NCBI GenBank assembly: GCA_951406725.2
Contig: OX597821.1
Location: 60,946,001-61,010,000 of the forward strand
Origin: Octopus vulgaris
Taxonomy: Eukaryota
DNA length: 64,000 nucleotides
Direction of reading: 5' to 3'
Positions 28,166-42,587 of the stretch are shown here, piece after piece; the first letter of the stretch is position 1, and each line of letters begins with the position of its first letter. Below the pieces are notes generated by a model. The model ran no database searches and was not told the origin of the DNA. It saw only the letters and a list, made by a program, of their open reading frames with translations. The position numbers and the translations under genes are program-made.

Positions 28166-29268
28166 GCTGCATTACGTAACTGGTGCCTGAACTGCATAAC
28201 AGATTCTAACTACATGAATTTCTGTCTGCGCATCTTTTATTATCGTATTGATCGTTTTCTACGTAAGAAGCACACGTACATACATACATACATACATACA
28301 TACATACATACATACATACATACATACATACAAATATATAACTGTGTGTGTGTATGTATGCGTATGTGTACGTATATGCATCGACTAGCAGTATTATGTT
28401 TTCCATGTTTTGAGTATGTTTAAGTGCTGGAATCTCGGTCGTATTCTTGTGTCTTTTATGTCTTTCTTAATACATCTATTATTATGGCGTTTATTAGTTT
28501 GGAAAATGTCTGTAATTCTTTTAGAGACAGGAAGTAGACTGCCGCGAAATGTCTAACAGAAAAAAAAAATTTTCTTAATAATATCTGAGTGATTTGCCTA
28601 TATCAAACATTCTTGCAATCCTACAGAAGCTCTCAGATAATACTATTCTAATTGCAGAATAAATCTATTTTCCTGTGTTCGGTGTAAAAATATATGTAAG
28701 ATTTTTCGTTGTTCATTTTAAATACAATCTCTAGCTCTAGTTGGCCTGTTTTTCATTCCTATTCACCAGCACTAATTCACTATATTTTCAGCAAAATCTA
28801 TTATACATATAATTTATAACTTGAATATTTTCTAGTGGCATACATCTTATTTTTGGCATTCAGTTCATGTTAAAAATATAATCTCAGACGTCTATTATAT
28901 TCTTTCACATCTTTCTCTTCTAAATGTGTGTGATGTAATTTATATAAAATATAAACATAAACAAATGTATAAATAACGTAGGGCCTTACATATTTAATAT
29001 GGTGAGTTGAAAAACTTCGATCAAAACTGAGATTATCTAAACAATAAGTAAAGGAAACAAATCTCCCAGATGTGCAAAATTTAGTGCTAACATGTAAGAG
29101 ATAACTCCAATTAAATTTGGCGATAGAATTTTTTGTTGTATAATATACACAGATGGTGGTGCTTCAATTCTTTAAACTCAAATAGAGAACGCAACAGTTA
29201 TGTTTTGACCTGATAAGAGCACCTCATCAAATTATATTTTGTTCAGTTGAGAAGCATAAGAGTATTCA

Positions 29269-29341
<73 letters not shown>

Positions 29342-29522
29342 TAATAATAATAAAGCCCTGATGCAGTACCAGGCAGTGGCTCTCATGGTTTCTGATCTTA
29401 AGCGATTGGAAGTGTTATCATGTACATTGTTTTGTCTTGGTATAAAAGATGGGCTCCAGCAAATATTCTGCTCAATACCACAGATTTGCTTGTCAATGAT
29501 AATACTTATTGTTAATATTATT

Positions 29523-30240
<718 letters not shown>

Positions 30241-31145
30241 AATAATAATTCGTAATATGCATGCTGAACAGCGAGAATCAAATGACTTGCATATTTGTTC
30301 TTAACACGTCTCGTCCGATTTGGACATTAATAAGCTAATCGATGCTGTATTTTCTCATTGAAGAACCACCTCTCTTTTAAGACGAATGTGCGTTCATAAC
30401 ACACTCGATCCATTAGCTCAAGATGACGCAGGGAAATACGATCTTTTGTTATCGCTGTGTATCGTTAGTTAAAAGCACATTAATGAATTTAACAAGAATT
30501 ATTGGCTCTTGTTATAACCTCAGCAAAGAAATTATTTGCTTATATGTACAGAGATCTACCAACTGATACTAAATTTCCATATGTATGGGGAACAGCTTAA
30601 GTGCAAAAAAATAGCTTGTTCATTCATTCTTAATTCATTAGGGTAGATTCGAACGTGGGAATGTTAATCACTGTTGAATTTTATTTTGTTAACATGCGGT
30701 TAAAAATCTTCGAACACCAAAAAATTGTTTCAAGTATTTTGATGAGATCTGTTATTATATCAGCCTATCTTATATTCTTAAATGCTAATGTGTTCATTCT
30801 ATTCCGTTTTATTCAGGTAGCTGTGTTTTCTTGTTATCGATCCAAATTGTTTTGTTAAACAATATTACGCCGTATGTGTCCAGCTGGTATTCGTTAATCC
30901 TGTTTTCATTTAATTTAAACATGTGGGAAACATTGTTGTAATTATTGAAGCGTTGGCATCTTCAATCATCTACCAAACTTCTACTTTTTATGTACAAACT
31001 CCCATTGAAATGCTTTTGTTGACCGTTAATGCTTTTGTAGCGGTTATTGTTAATTTGTCAATGGTGTTTCAACTTATTTATTTCTACGTCTGTTATTTAG
31101 TTTTCAAGATGTAGCTGCAAATAATTTTACAACCTTATTTTTGCT

Positions 31146-31330
31146 TGTCGCCGAGGAACTGATTGGTGATGCACAAACAGTCGCCATTCCAAGTAGACCT
31201 ATTCGCAATAATCTCTGTCTCATGCGCTAGCATGGGCGAGATACTAATCAATTTGGATCAATCAGAAATCTTCGATATAATTAACCACCAATACTTTGCG
31301 GCCGTTCTCAAGGCGGCCAGTTTCAGTCTG
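31146..31330 (+). mobile_element. L1/Tx1-like RT fragment
   Basis: LIGDAQTVAIPSRPIRNNL and ILINLDQSEIFDIINHQY resemble the QxxxxPGRxIxxN and LDQxKAFDRVxHxY motifs. Confidence 0.55.
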
Positions 31331-31945
31331 TGACTGAATTTCTTTCTGTATAGTTCTATCCTCACAGGGCAGAATTTCTTTCTCTATAGTTCTATTCTCA
31401 CAGGGTAGTGCTGTCTAATATACCCTTGCAAAGAGAGTAAAATGAAAATCTATTCCTAGGTTGTTTATCAATATTTTCCCTTTTCGTAGTGTAACGTTTC
31501 TCGGATTAACGTCGGAGTATTGCTGAAATCTGATGACAAATTTATTCATGGCATAATTGTAGTACTTTTGAGGTTTCAAGTTGGAACTGTAGAAACAGCT
31601 TCATAAAGAATATCCGTCGTTTGTGAGATTGCATGTATATGCTTGCACACACACGTACATACATACATAATACATACATAGATGCATGCAAGCATATATA
31701 CATACGTACATACGTATCTATGTAAATATAAATAATAGGCATATGCGTATGTATATGCGTGGGTCTATATAATGTTATGTATCAATATCTGCTTTATAAA
31801 ATTGTAAAACAGCGAATCTTTATATTGGTGGACAACATACGTGTATATACATACACACACACATATACATATATGCATACATGCATAAATATACACACAA
31901 AGATATATATATATTTATATATATATGTATATATATGTATACACA

Positions 31946-32150
31946 CAGGATGGCCCAAAAGTAGGTTTACAGTTATTCTCTTTGGCATTCATATATTAAC
32001 AGTTAAGATCGTAATAATAAAACAGTCTGAAACCATTATTCTATGCTAATTTAGTTAATTATAAGATAGAAATTTAAATGTAATAAAATATTTTAAAAGA
32101 TATTTAAAATGTCTACGTGATAAGTGTAAACCTACTTTGGGGCTACCCTT
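31946..32150. mobile_element. Tc1/mariner-type MITE
   Basis: Imperfect TIRs CAGGATGGCCCAAAAGTAGGTTTACA / TGTAAACCTACTTTGGGGCTACCCT. Confidence 0.7.
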
Positions 32151-32385
32151 GACTTGGATAACCGATTACTGGATCTTGACACCTACGGATTGCTGTTACC
32201 ATTCATCCAGAATACACCACTGTAATCGTGATTGGAAATCATAAAAAAATTTGTCCGTGACTCTTCCACATTTTCTCGTTTTCTTTTTACTTTTCTTCTA
32301 CTTCCAATTTTCACCTAAAGTCGCCACCATTTACACCTACACCGACATTAACTTCTTCTTCACCCATTCCTTTCCGGCCATTCAA

Positions 32386-32535
32386 TATGTGACCGCGTGT
32401 GTATCATTGGCAATTTTTCCCTCCGTCTTCCCTTCTTTGGATCTTTCCTTTCCTGAGCGTCCAATAACACTATACTTCTTCCACGTCCTCGCGTTTTTGT
32501 ATTTTCTCTTTGTGTTTTCATGTTTGGATTAACTT

Positions 32536-32540
<5 letters not shown>
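32386..32540 (+). mobile_element. Second copy of the HHR family A repeat with the ribozyme segment deleted
   Basis: Matches 13156-13372 (GTGACCGCGTGTGTA...GAGCGTCCAATAA...CATGTTTGGATTAACTTT) but lacks ~13220-13283. Confidence 0.8.
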
Positions 32541-32581
<41 letters not shown>

Positions 32582-33675
32582 AAGAAAGAGAGAGAGAGCA
32601 GATGCGCCTTTGTGTGAGTGTGTGCGTGTGTGTTCATACGCATACTGGGATGCTGTTGAATCTGGGCTGCCATTAATGTAATGTAGTGCAGCTGTTTATA
32701 ACGTGGATGTCTAATTTTTCCTGGACTGTAAGAATATCACGCCTGATGTTTTAATACCATCTCTTGATATCTAGCTCGCTTTAACGAATTTCACTTCGTT
32801 GCATAATTTTTAAACTTGCACCGCACTCACACACTGTACAATTTGCTAGATATTTAAATCGAAAATCTTATCCACTGGAAAAGTTCCATCTCTCTAATAT
32901 CTGTGTACTCATAACCAGTTTCGACTTGATACACACATGCCAGATGCGAACGTACCTTTGGTTGCTTCTAATCCACAAGATTACCGGCCTTGATAATGTC
33001 TCTTCCCTTTCTCTCAACCCACGTACCTCACAACTAGCTCACCAAAATCTTCAGTCATTCTCTCTGCTTCGAATCTTAGTTTCTGGTCTACCGAGATCTA
33101 TTCTTATCTTTGAAAACCTTTCTTCCATACATAAACTACTTGCTTTGATGTCCAGCAATATCCGCTCTTCAGCAAGTAACTCTACCTTTTATTCTTCTTT
33201 AAAGATTCCCAACCGTGTATCGTGCACTTGCAACCTAAACACCAAACGTTGAAATTATTCTCGAAGTAAAACAATATACTAAATTGTTTTTCTTCAACAG
33301 TTAAGAAAACTTATCTTACACGAAGAGAGCATCACCACACCAGACAAACTTTTAATAATCCTGAACAGTACATAACCACAGACGTACTAAACGTTGGTTC
33401 TCACTATAACGACGTTCTGTTGTGACGAAAGCACAATCATAGCATGGCTAGAATCACATCTCGGTGACCAAACTCTTCTCTTCAGAGTTATAAAATACTT
33501 AATCCCACAACAATTATAGGTATTCTACAAAGCACGTAGATTAGACATATTCAGTTGCCTTTACGAATATTTTTGCTTAGATTTTACCATACTGCTTCTC
33601 TATATCAATCGCTTGAATAATTGGTAACGGAATATTTCCACTAGTGATTCAAGAAGTTGTGAGTTTCTAATAATT

Positions 33676-33875
33676 TTTTCTACTCTAGGCAGTAGGCCCG
33701 TAACTTTTGGGGAGGGAACCAGTCTATTAGAGAAAGCCCAGTACGCTACTGGCACTTAATATATCGACCCCGAAAGGATGAAAGGCAAAGTTGAGTTCGG
33801 CGAAATTTGAACTTAAAGGCAGACGAAATACTGCTAAGCATTTCTCCCCGCGTGCTAACGTTTCTGCCAGCTTGT
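33676..33875 (-). mobile_element. SINE family 1
   Basis: ATCGACCCCGAAAGGATGAAAGGCAAAG ... GTGCTAACGTTTCTGCCAGC. Confidence 0.85.
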
Positions 33876-33976
33876 CTACTTCGTCAGTATCTAATAATAC
33901 ATGTAAACTGCAAGTATTGAGAAATACTTCCTTCATTTGTGAAAGCAAGCGCTCACTATATATATATATATATATA

Positions 33977-34028
<52 letters not shown>

Positions 34029-34030
<2 letters not shown>

Positions 34031-34241
34031 GAACATATTAAATAAAATAAGAGAAAAACAAAGGTTGTGTAGGATTCATAGGACATTTATAAAGTGAAAG
34101 GTAGTCTTATAGCTGTTTCCGGGATATTAGGGATATTCCTAATATACCAGAAACAGCTGTAAGACTACCTTTCTCTTTATAAATGTCCTATAAATTCCAG
34201 ACAGCCTTACCTTTGTTGTCTGATTTTATTTAACGTATACA
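34029..34241. repeat. ~210-bp fold-back palindrome whose arms carry the 3' half of a hammerhead
   Basis: AGGACATTTATAAAG..AAAGGTAGTCTTATAGCTGTTTC / GAAACAGCTGTAAGACTACCTTT..CTTTATAAATGTCCT; GAAACAGCUGUA at 34150-34161. Confidence 0.8.
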
Positions 34242-34363
34242 TGCTCACACAAGAACTGCATTAGACCACTCACTCGTATTATCGAACCGAGAGTCTGACT
34301 ACCGTCCTACCCTAGCACTTACATAGTCTCATCCGGCTGCTTGGGTCTTCTGGATAATAATAC

Positions 34364-34401
<38 letters not shown>

Positions 34402-34456
34402 TACATACATCATGGCTGTCCATATATATATATATATATATATATATTTATTTATT

Positions 34457-34488
<32 letters not shown>

Positions 34489-35779
34489 GGTTTGCATGCG
34501 TGCGCGTGTGTATCCGCGTATATAATAAGAGCAGTAATTATCCGTTCAGAGAATTGGAGCAAGTGGTGTTGTTTAGCCTTTCTTGTTATCTTATCTGTGC
34601 GTTTTTCTCGCAAGAGAATAACAGTAAGGTTATCACCTTTGAATCGCTTCACTATATTTCTGTCACGAGACTATTTGTTTTCATTATTTCTCGGATCAAT
34701 ATTTCCAACTCTTTACCAGCTTTTATAAGTGTATAAGTATGCGTATTATAGTGCGTATTTGTGTATATCTCTCTCTCTCTATCTATCTGTCTGTCTGTCT
34801 ATTATTTCGTTGCAACTAGAGATGTAGATTTGAGCTTGTCAGTAAACAAAGCTATATGAATCGCATTTCTCGGCGTGTGATTCTTTTTGCGCTTGCTTGA
34901 TTTGCTTGAAATAGCATAAAAATATCCAATGAATTAGAACAAAAGAAAATATATATAATGGATAGCTCTAGATATACAAAAAGACGTGAATGTCGAGACC
35001 AGAATATGTGTGATAAAAGCTTGCTTGAATAGTAGGATGCAGGGTTAAACAGCAGCCGTAGGTTAAACAGCAGCAAGGAGAATAATACTTGCAGGTGTGT
35101 ATTCAGAATATATTAATTAATTTTCTTGTTACGTATTATTAATTTTATTTGTTTACGGTGTATATAATCAGGAAAGTATGATTTTAATTATTTTAATTAT
35201 TCTTGGGATTATTTAAAAGTTCCGTTTGTTTGAAAACACTATGTCTTATGTGAATTGCTAAATTCTGATTGCGTTTATAATTGCTAATCATTATTATCGC
35301 GCTCAACTTTCGACTTTAAGAATCCTCTCTGGCAACGTTGACATTTTAAAATGTTATTTACAAATGAACAAAAACAACTGAAGATAGAATGTGCTGCCTT
35401 TTGTTTGTTCCTTGTAGAATATATTGCATTTATTATTGTAAAGAAACTGTATTATTTTGCAAAGTATTAAAAGATATTGCTTTATACAGATGACAATGAT
35501 AACTGGAACACTTCTTGTTTTGTGTGAAAGAAACTTAGTAATGTTGCCTTTTATTCTCAGAATATTATCTGGTTCCACTTTATCATCTTTTCTGCGCCGA
35601 CAATATAACAACCTCGTAATAACAGTGTTTATATTGACTATAATATTTCTATAAATTTGGGATTCTGTGGCATTGTTAGAAATGGTTGTATTTAAAAAAA
35701 AATGCTTTTAAAAATATTTGTTTGTAAATTTATACATTTTAAATATCATTTATAAAAAAAAAATCATTACTATCATTAC

Positions 35780-36550
35780 TGGTTTCAAATTTTGGTACAA
35801 GGCCAGCAATTGCTCAACTTGTACTTATTTTATCGACCCAGAAAGGATGAAAGGCAAAGTCTACCTTGGTGGAATTTGAATTCAAAACACGAAGGCGAAC
35901 GAAATGCCGCAAATCATTTTGCCCGGCGTGCTAACGGTTCTGCATCTGACAAAGTACCTTACCCTTCCAGCTCTTTACATTCCGTGTTCAAATTATGCTT
36001 TAGTCAGCTTGCCTTGTATCTCTCTGGGATTACTAAAAGCACCAGTCAACTACTAGGATCGGTTTGATCGGCTATTACTCCTCTCCACAAAATTGCTACC
36101 ATTGCATCTGATTAAAAAGCATTGAAAGCGAAAGATTAGCAGAATCGGTGTCTGACAAAATATCATGTCTTTAGTTACAGCTCTTGACATTCTCAGTTCA
36201 AGTGCTGCTGAGGTCAACTTTGTATTTCATTCTCTTGGCATCGATAAAATAATGTACCAGTCAAATACTATCAACTAATCCCCTCTTCTGAAAAACTGCC
36301 GACCTTGTGCCTAACTTAGAATCCCATGCTGATAGTATTAAGGTGACAGACTGGCAGCGCTATTAGCACGCTGGACAAAATGCTTAACGGCTTTTCGTAG
36401 GTCTTTACGTTCTGAGTTCAAATTCCACCGAGCTCGACTTTGCCATTCATTCTTTCGAGGTCGATGAAATAAATATAAGTCGAGCCCTGCGGTTGATGTG
36501 GTCGACACACTCCAAATCTAAAATTTCAGGCTTTGTGTCTAAATTAGAAA
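35780..36550. mobile_element. SINE family 1 cluster: one minus copy, then about three degenerate plus copies head to tail
   Basis: Repeated GTTCAAAT B-box, TTTCAT..TT..G..TCGATAAAAT core and TTGTG.CTAA tails. Confidence 0.7.
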
Positions 36551-39149
36551 TAATTAATTGTGGCATCATTGTGTGATGGATGGTAGCTGACTGTCCAACA
36601 AAATACCTCGCAGCAATATTTTTTATAAGGGTAGCGTTTCCATGAAATCAGAAAATAATATAATCATCCTATGAAGCACTTTTAATTTGTTTGACCCAGA
36701 CTAACACATTTATTCATTTTGATAACTAATTTTTATGTATTATCATTAAATCGAGATTTGTTCTAATTCAATGATCACAATTATTTTTCATTGATTTCTT
36801 TCTAATTTATGTATCTGAAAGAACTCTTCCATTTTTATAATGGATCAGTTCTGAGTAGAAGTAACAATAGTCAACTAGTGTTTAGGCCACTATAAGCTAT
36901 GGTAATAAAAGATTAAGTGATGAGAAGTGGAATAACAAGATCAAAACCGTTATTTGTACGTGCGGATATTATGACAGATATATAAAGTTTCTAAAATTAA
37001 AGATAATAGCCATAATTATTTGCTATAATGCATTATCAATGATAGAGAATTATTAAAGTGATGTTTTTTTCTAAATTTGAAGACTATTTTATGATCTGTT
37101 ATAGAGAAACAACTTCCAATAAATACTTAATTTGATTAATTAAATTATTATTATATTTATTGCATCCAATAAATGCTTAATTTGAAGTTACACACTCATG
37201 CCTGTTTAGATGTTTCTAAACTTAGCGGTTCAGCATAAAGTGATAATAAAATAAGTGCTAGATTTTAAAATAAGCAGTGAATTTTAATGTGGCTCCCCAG
37301 CATGGCTGCAGTCTAATTACTGAAACAAAAGAATAAAGGAATAAGCAATTAATGTTGAAAATAGATTCAGCAAACCTAATGCTTAGTAGGTTTGACCAAT
37401 TTGTATAACATTTTATGTATTCGTGATTTTACATTTAAAGCTATAAGACACAAAATATTTTTAAATTGAACGAGGGAATAAAAGTACCAATTAAGAAAAA
37501 TTACGTAGAAAAGTGAGTTCTAAAAATTTTAAACCCTTGAAGCATTATCTAGTTTCTTTTTTTTTCTCTTTTTTTAGAAATCATTCGGAAGTTAATCTGC
37601 AATTATACATACATTGTGGAGTAACGCAATATCGCGTCTCAGAATTAATGCAAAGATTTAAATGAATGCCAACCCTCATCCATGCTAACAAAATGTGGAT
37701 TAGATATTTATTCAGTGTGAAAGTGGTTTAAGTGTACTCGAAGTGAATTCCTTAATCTAAATTTTATGTTTCGCTGCTCCGAGACAAACATTTGCGAACG
37801 TCTTACTAGCTAAAATTTGGTTAAATTTAAGGAAGATTATCCAATTTTTTTTAAAAAAGGTTGTCCAATTTTAAATTCTTTTTCTTACAAACTGAAAGTG
37901 AAAGTAGTTTCTCCACTTTAGATGTAATTAACAAACATTGGAAAATATTGGATGTCAAGGAAGAGTTGAGACTAGAATTAACTTCGTTTTCATTTGTACA
38001 ACAAACATGTGATAGAAAGCATCATCATCTGTATAAAATAATCTTTCAGATATTTTTCGCATTCTACAATTTGCTCATTTGTTTACATAAATAAATAAAT
38101 GTTTATTTTCTCATAAATTGCACCTTTGTTCAATAATTTGTGAAATTTTAGAGCATTTAGTATTTGGTTATTATTAACCACCTGGTCAAAAAGTTTATGG
38201 ATGTCATACAAGTATATAATAAAACAGCAATTCACAAAGGGAGGAAGATATGGTTAGAGTTCTCAAAGAATAAGTAAATATTGTACTATTTGCTCAAAGA
38301 ATCGTTTCCAACGATAACGTGTCCCTGAAAGAATTGACAAAATCGAAAGTTTTTTGGAAACAGACACAGTGTCTATAACTATACCTCGTAAATGATGATA
38401 AAATGAACAGAAAATACCTAATTATAACTCGTGGACTGACATATACACAAAGCATGGAAATAATATAACGACTGCAAACAAAGGGCATCAAATACTTTCA
38501 ACACTGTAAAGAAAACGCTAAATCAAAAGCAAAACACTTTGCTCGATTTTGTTGTGAGAGCACAGAATATATAAAAAATGCCGAGGAATTCCAACCATGT
38601 TTCGTTGTTCGCTGCCTCAACAGCTCCTTTATAGGATCCAGTGGCTAAAGACTTCATCAGGAGGAGCCATGTCGGGTTTCGGCCCCTATTCCTCTACCGC
38701 TTTCGACCCGGCACCCCATCCCACTTTCGGAGGTTTCTTCAGCTCTGGTGTTGAGTGCATTTCTTCTTTCACCTTTTTTTCTTTTGTTCCTTGATTTCTT
38801 CGATGCAGCGTCAACGAATGTCAGCGGGCGACTGACCATCCCGCCAAATTTCCCTTTAAATACTCGCCCGTAGGCTCCAGCAGCCAAGACCAGCTAACTT
38901 TCACGTGACATTGTCTAAGCTTCAACTGATCAATGAAGGGGAAGGGCGCGTAATTTTAGCCCGTGTCCTCTCTAAACCTGCCTTCCAACAGTGTCGTGTT
39001 AATTTCAGTTCTAGTAGCCAGAGCCTACCAGCTCTTTGGTGGTAGAAGCCTTCGAACCAGGAGGAGAGTGCGCTATGAACAAGATCGATACCTTGGCCCA
39101 CCTGTCAATCAGCGATACTGCTTAAGTGTTAACTAGCCTCACCTCGCGA

Positions 39150-40050
39150 CGATATTTCCCAGGTTGCATGTTATGGCTTTCAAGCTATTTTGTGTCTTTG
39201 CACTTCTGCCATATATAGAAGCTGGCTTTGTCGACTGTCTCCTGTATCCTCCTTATTACTTTTCTCAGATCTGAGCTCGAAAATGCAAACCTTTTAAATA
39301 ACGTCGTCACTTTCCTTTCAATGAAGCCTCTAGCCACCACTACCAGGTGGTAATACTCAACAGCCCCTCCCTGTTCTCTGCACTCTTCGATTCATCTATC
39401 ATACAACCTCTCCTGTTGCTTTGCATTAGTGATGTTCTCTTCTCATGGCACTGTCAGCTCTAGCAAAATTAAATTTTCCGTTCTGTGTTCCATAGGATTA
39501 AGTCCGGTCTTTTTGTTTTTATGAGTGGAAATATTAACAGTTTTCCTAATCTACGGCCAGCTCCCAATATCCCTTCCATCCTTCGTTTTTCTCGTATATT
39601 TTACTTGAATGCCTGGCCTTATGTCCTTTTCCCTCCTTCTGGAAGTATATTTTCCCGAGCTTTTCCACTTTTGGGTATTCTCCCCTTTTATATCCCTCGA
39701 TCTTCTTGAGTGCTGCACGTATCACAGCAAGGACTTGATTGTGACGCCATGTATATTTGTCTAGTACTAGCCTGCAATGTGACAGAACATGTCTTACTGT
39801 CGTTTCCTCTCCGCATATACATTCATCAGTTTTTTAGCATGTTCCACCGGTCTAAATTAGCTGTTGAAGGTAGACTTGATCAGGAAGGATGTTCTTGCTT
39901 GTTCCCAAGCCCAAAGTTCCTTCCATGAGATTCTGCGACTGACTACATATTCCTCCCATCTCCGGCACTGTCCCTGTTAACTACATTGTACCACCACTGC
40001 CTCTGTCAATTAGGATGTTCTTGTCGTTGCTGCTACTTGTCCCACAAATT
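39150..40050 (-). mobile_element. HERO/R2-group RLE LINE 3' fragment, decayed
   Basis: ECICGEETTVRHVLSHC...YTWRHNQVL (CCHC + RHN) and KRPDLILW...ILLELTVP*EENI endonuclease motifs. Confidence 0.8.
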
Positions 40051-40222
40051 TTATGAAAGCTGTATGTGACCGGCCAACAACCATCGCAACTATATCTTAT
40101 ACTATACTCATGAATGTTTTATCAAATAAAGAATTTTTCTTGCACCCCATTTCACTCTTTCAAAATAAAACTCAGCCTATTTACATTATATACATTTGAC
40201 GGATATTTGTTCTCATCTTGTT

Positions 40223-40268
40223 AACACAATGTTTCGGCTGATATACACTCCAGCCTTCATCAGGTGTC
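40223..40268 (-). ncRNA. Minimal type I hammerhead motif (family B, copy 1) in a repeat at 40178-40320
   Basis: GACAC-CUGAUGA-A-GGCUG(GAGUGUAUAU)CAGCC-GAAA-CA-UU-GUGUU. Confidence 0.8.
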
Positions 40269-40344
40269 TTGGGAAAATTTCGAACCTGGGTTCTCATTCC
40301 TAAGGTATTTTTTGATGTTATTATTATTATTATTATTATTATTA

Positions 40345-40695
40345 TATGTTTGACTTTTGCTTTACATTTACTTAAGCTGGCTCCAGGTCTCACACAGAGA
40401 CCTCAAGAGCAACAAGTTGGAAGTTCATGTTGGTGTTATGCCTAGGGTGCCATATATTTGGTTTTGTACTTAGTGTTGTACTAGTAAATGCCTAAAAAAT
40501 CATACAAAAATTATGTCTGTTTTAAAACTTGAGATTACAAAGAAAGTATTTTGCGTAGGATATGAGCAGTTCCCATGAGCACTATCTTTTGAATTTCTGC
40601 CATTTTGGGGTTTCCTGGTATCTGAGTTAGGCAGCAATCAGCCCCTTTTGCTATCATTCCCAGGGCACCTATGACAACAAGTATTGTTTTAGTTT
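40345..40695 (-). mobile_element. 5'-truncated R4/Dong-like LINE end, flanked on both sides by (TAA)n
   Basis: KTILVVIGALGMIAKG...IPGNPKMAEIQKIVLMGTAHILRKIL; a different family from 22095-26230. Confidence 0.8.
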
Positions 40696-40947
40696 ATTAT
40701 TATTATTATTTTGTCTTGCAAAATAACTAACGAGATGCGTTCAAGACTGCAGAGATAACAAATCACAATATAAGGCAATAATCTGTGTAGTTTTGTTTTT
40801 AGTTTACCTGTTTTATTAATTCAATTTACGTATTACGTAAGATATAATTTCCACGAAGAATGAAATTAAATCCTTTTCTTGGCGTCTTTTGTACATCTGT
40901 AGCAAATAAAGCTGTGAGACTAGTTAACATAGTTTGAGCGAGTTAGC

Positions 40948-41459
40948 AAGCATTCTGTTCATTTGAGCCGGGTGGCAGGAATGAACAAACTGTTCGTAAC
41001 TAACACAAATAATTGGCATTACCTACGAACGGAGGCTTTGGTTCACCTTGAATTTCATGTCATTTCATTTTTATTTTTTTCTTGAGCCCTAGGACATATA
41101 AATCCGATTGCACGTTTTCCATGGTATATAAGTAACGGAGATCACACCATTGCCCCTCAACGGATCACCAGTCCATTGCAGTGGTCAAAGAAAGAAATTT
41201 TGAGAGAAGGGGACAAATCGATAATATTGATCCACGTACTTCACTAGTAAAGTTCACCAGAACGTAAAGAGCCGCAAGAAAACGGTTACTTAGCTTTCCC
41301 TTTTTTAATCAAACTTGCTAATGATCCTCAGAGTTGATCGCCTTCGTATTTTGTACGTCATGATCCTTTTGTTCTTCCTTTCAAACTCAGTATAAGCAGT
41401 TCAACATATGCTTTGAGCAGTGTAAAGCATTCTGTTCATTTGAGCCGGGTGGCAGGAAT
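40948..41459 (+). repeat. Two ~100-bp degenerate direct repeats with an identical 35-bp core (40948-40982, 41425-41459)
   Basis: AAGCATTCTGTTCATTTGAGCCGGGTGGCAGGAAT occurs twice. Confidence 0.9.
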
Positions 41460-41968
41460 AAGAATTATTCACTGTTCCAATATTACTAACACAAACATTT
41501 TATTACATCAAAGCAGATAAGCAATAAGATAAAAAAATATATTAAAATAAATCAGGGAGATATGAGATTAATTTTAACAAACAGGCATTCTATCCGGTAT
41601 ATTATGTAAGTTTTGATAAAATGTCTATATTGCAAAGTAAAAGTAATATCAGCTGGGATGGCTGTTTGCAACAAGACATGACACATCTAACAATTACGTC
41701 GTTAAGTTAAATTTTTTTTTGTGAATTTATATTCAGAATAATGTAATATTTAAACAGGAAATGAATTGAGCTATGGACACTTAATTTTACTGTAAGTGGA
41801 ACCAGCTATGTATGTATGTATGTATGTATGTATGTATGTATGTATGTATGTATGTATGTATGTATGTAGGCATGTATGTATGTATGTATGTATGTATGTA
41901 TGTATGTATGTATGTATGTATGTATGTATGTATGTAGGCATGCATGTATGCATACATGTATGTACGTA

Positions 41969-42006
<38 letters not shown>

Positions 42007-42534
42007 TCTGTCTATCTATCTATCTATCTGCCTCCTTCCTTCAAACGGGAAGGAAGAGCTATTTTCATCATCCTTGTGGCTATGGCGAAAGAATGTATCT
42101 GGTGGACGCGTCTGAAAGGATTGGAGACAAACACTTTCCTAAAAAAAAAGAAGTATAAAATGTGACTTCATTGACCGAGGTTACCGTGGTCTTTTCCGTA
42201 GGCTTTAACCCCCCTTTTTTTTGTCCTCTTTCTCTCCTTTTACGATCCCTTTTGATCGAAACTCCCCCTTCCTAAAGAAACATATCTATCTATATGTATA
42301 TCTATATATATTTACGAATGTGAATATAATTATATACACTCATACACTACACTGTTTACCGTATAAATTGGTTTTGTTGATAAACCGGCATTTGAATACA
42401 TACATACATATATACATACATGCATACATACACATATATACATATATACATATATATATACATAATACACACACATATATATGTATTTGTGTGTGCTCAT
42501 ATACGTATATTTATATGTACTTAACTACTTAAAA

Positions 42535-42587
<53 letters not shown>

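Noticed and set aside
26407-28197. Mucin-like, His-rich and Pro-rich ORFs
   Set aside because: Trinucleotide repeats open in several frames on both strands; no splice or domain support.
31336-31407. 36-bp direct repeat of CRISPR-like length
   Set aside because: Two adjacent copies with no spacer, in eukaryotic DNA; simple tandem duplication.
33850-33890. Minus-strand CUGACGAAG...GAAACGUU
   Set aside because: GAAACGTT is part of the SINE family 1 tRNA head; no stem II.
34850-35095. GC-richer island with a GGTTAAACAGCAGC duplication and a possible CAG|GTGTGT donor
   Set aside because: Only a short ORF, a weak donor and no partner exon; insufficient support.
38590-38670. Minus-strand CUGAUGAAG...GAAACAUGGUU
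   Set aside because: Stems I and II have at most two pairs; likely chance.
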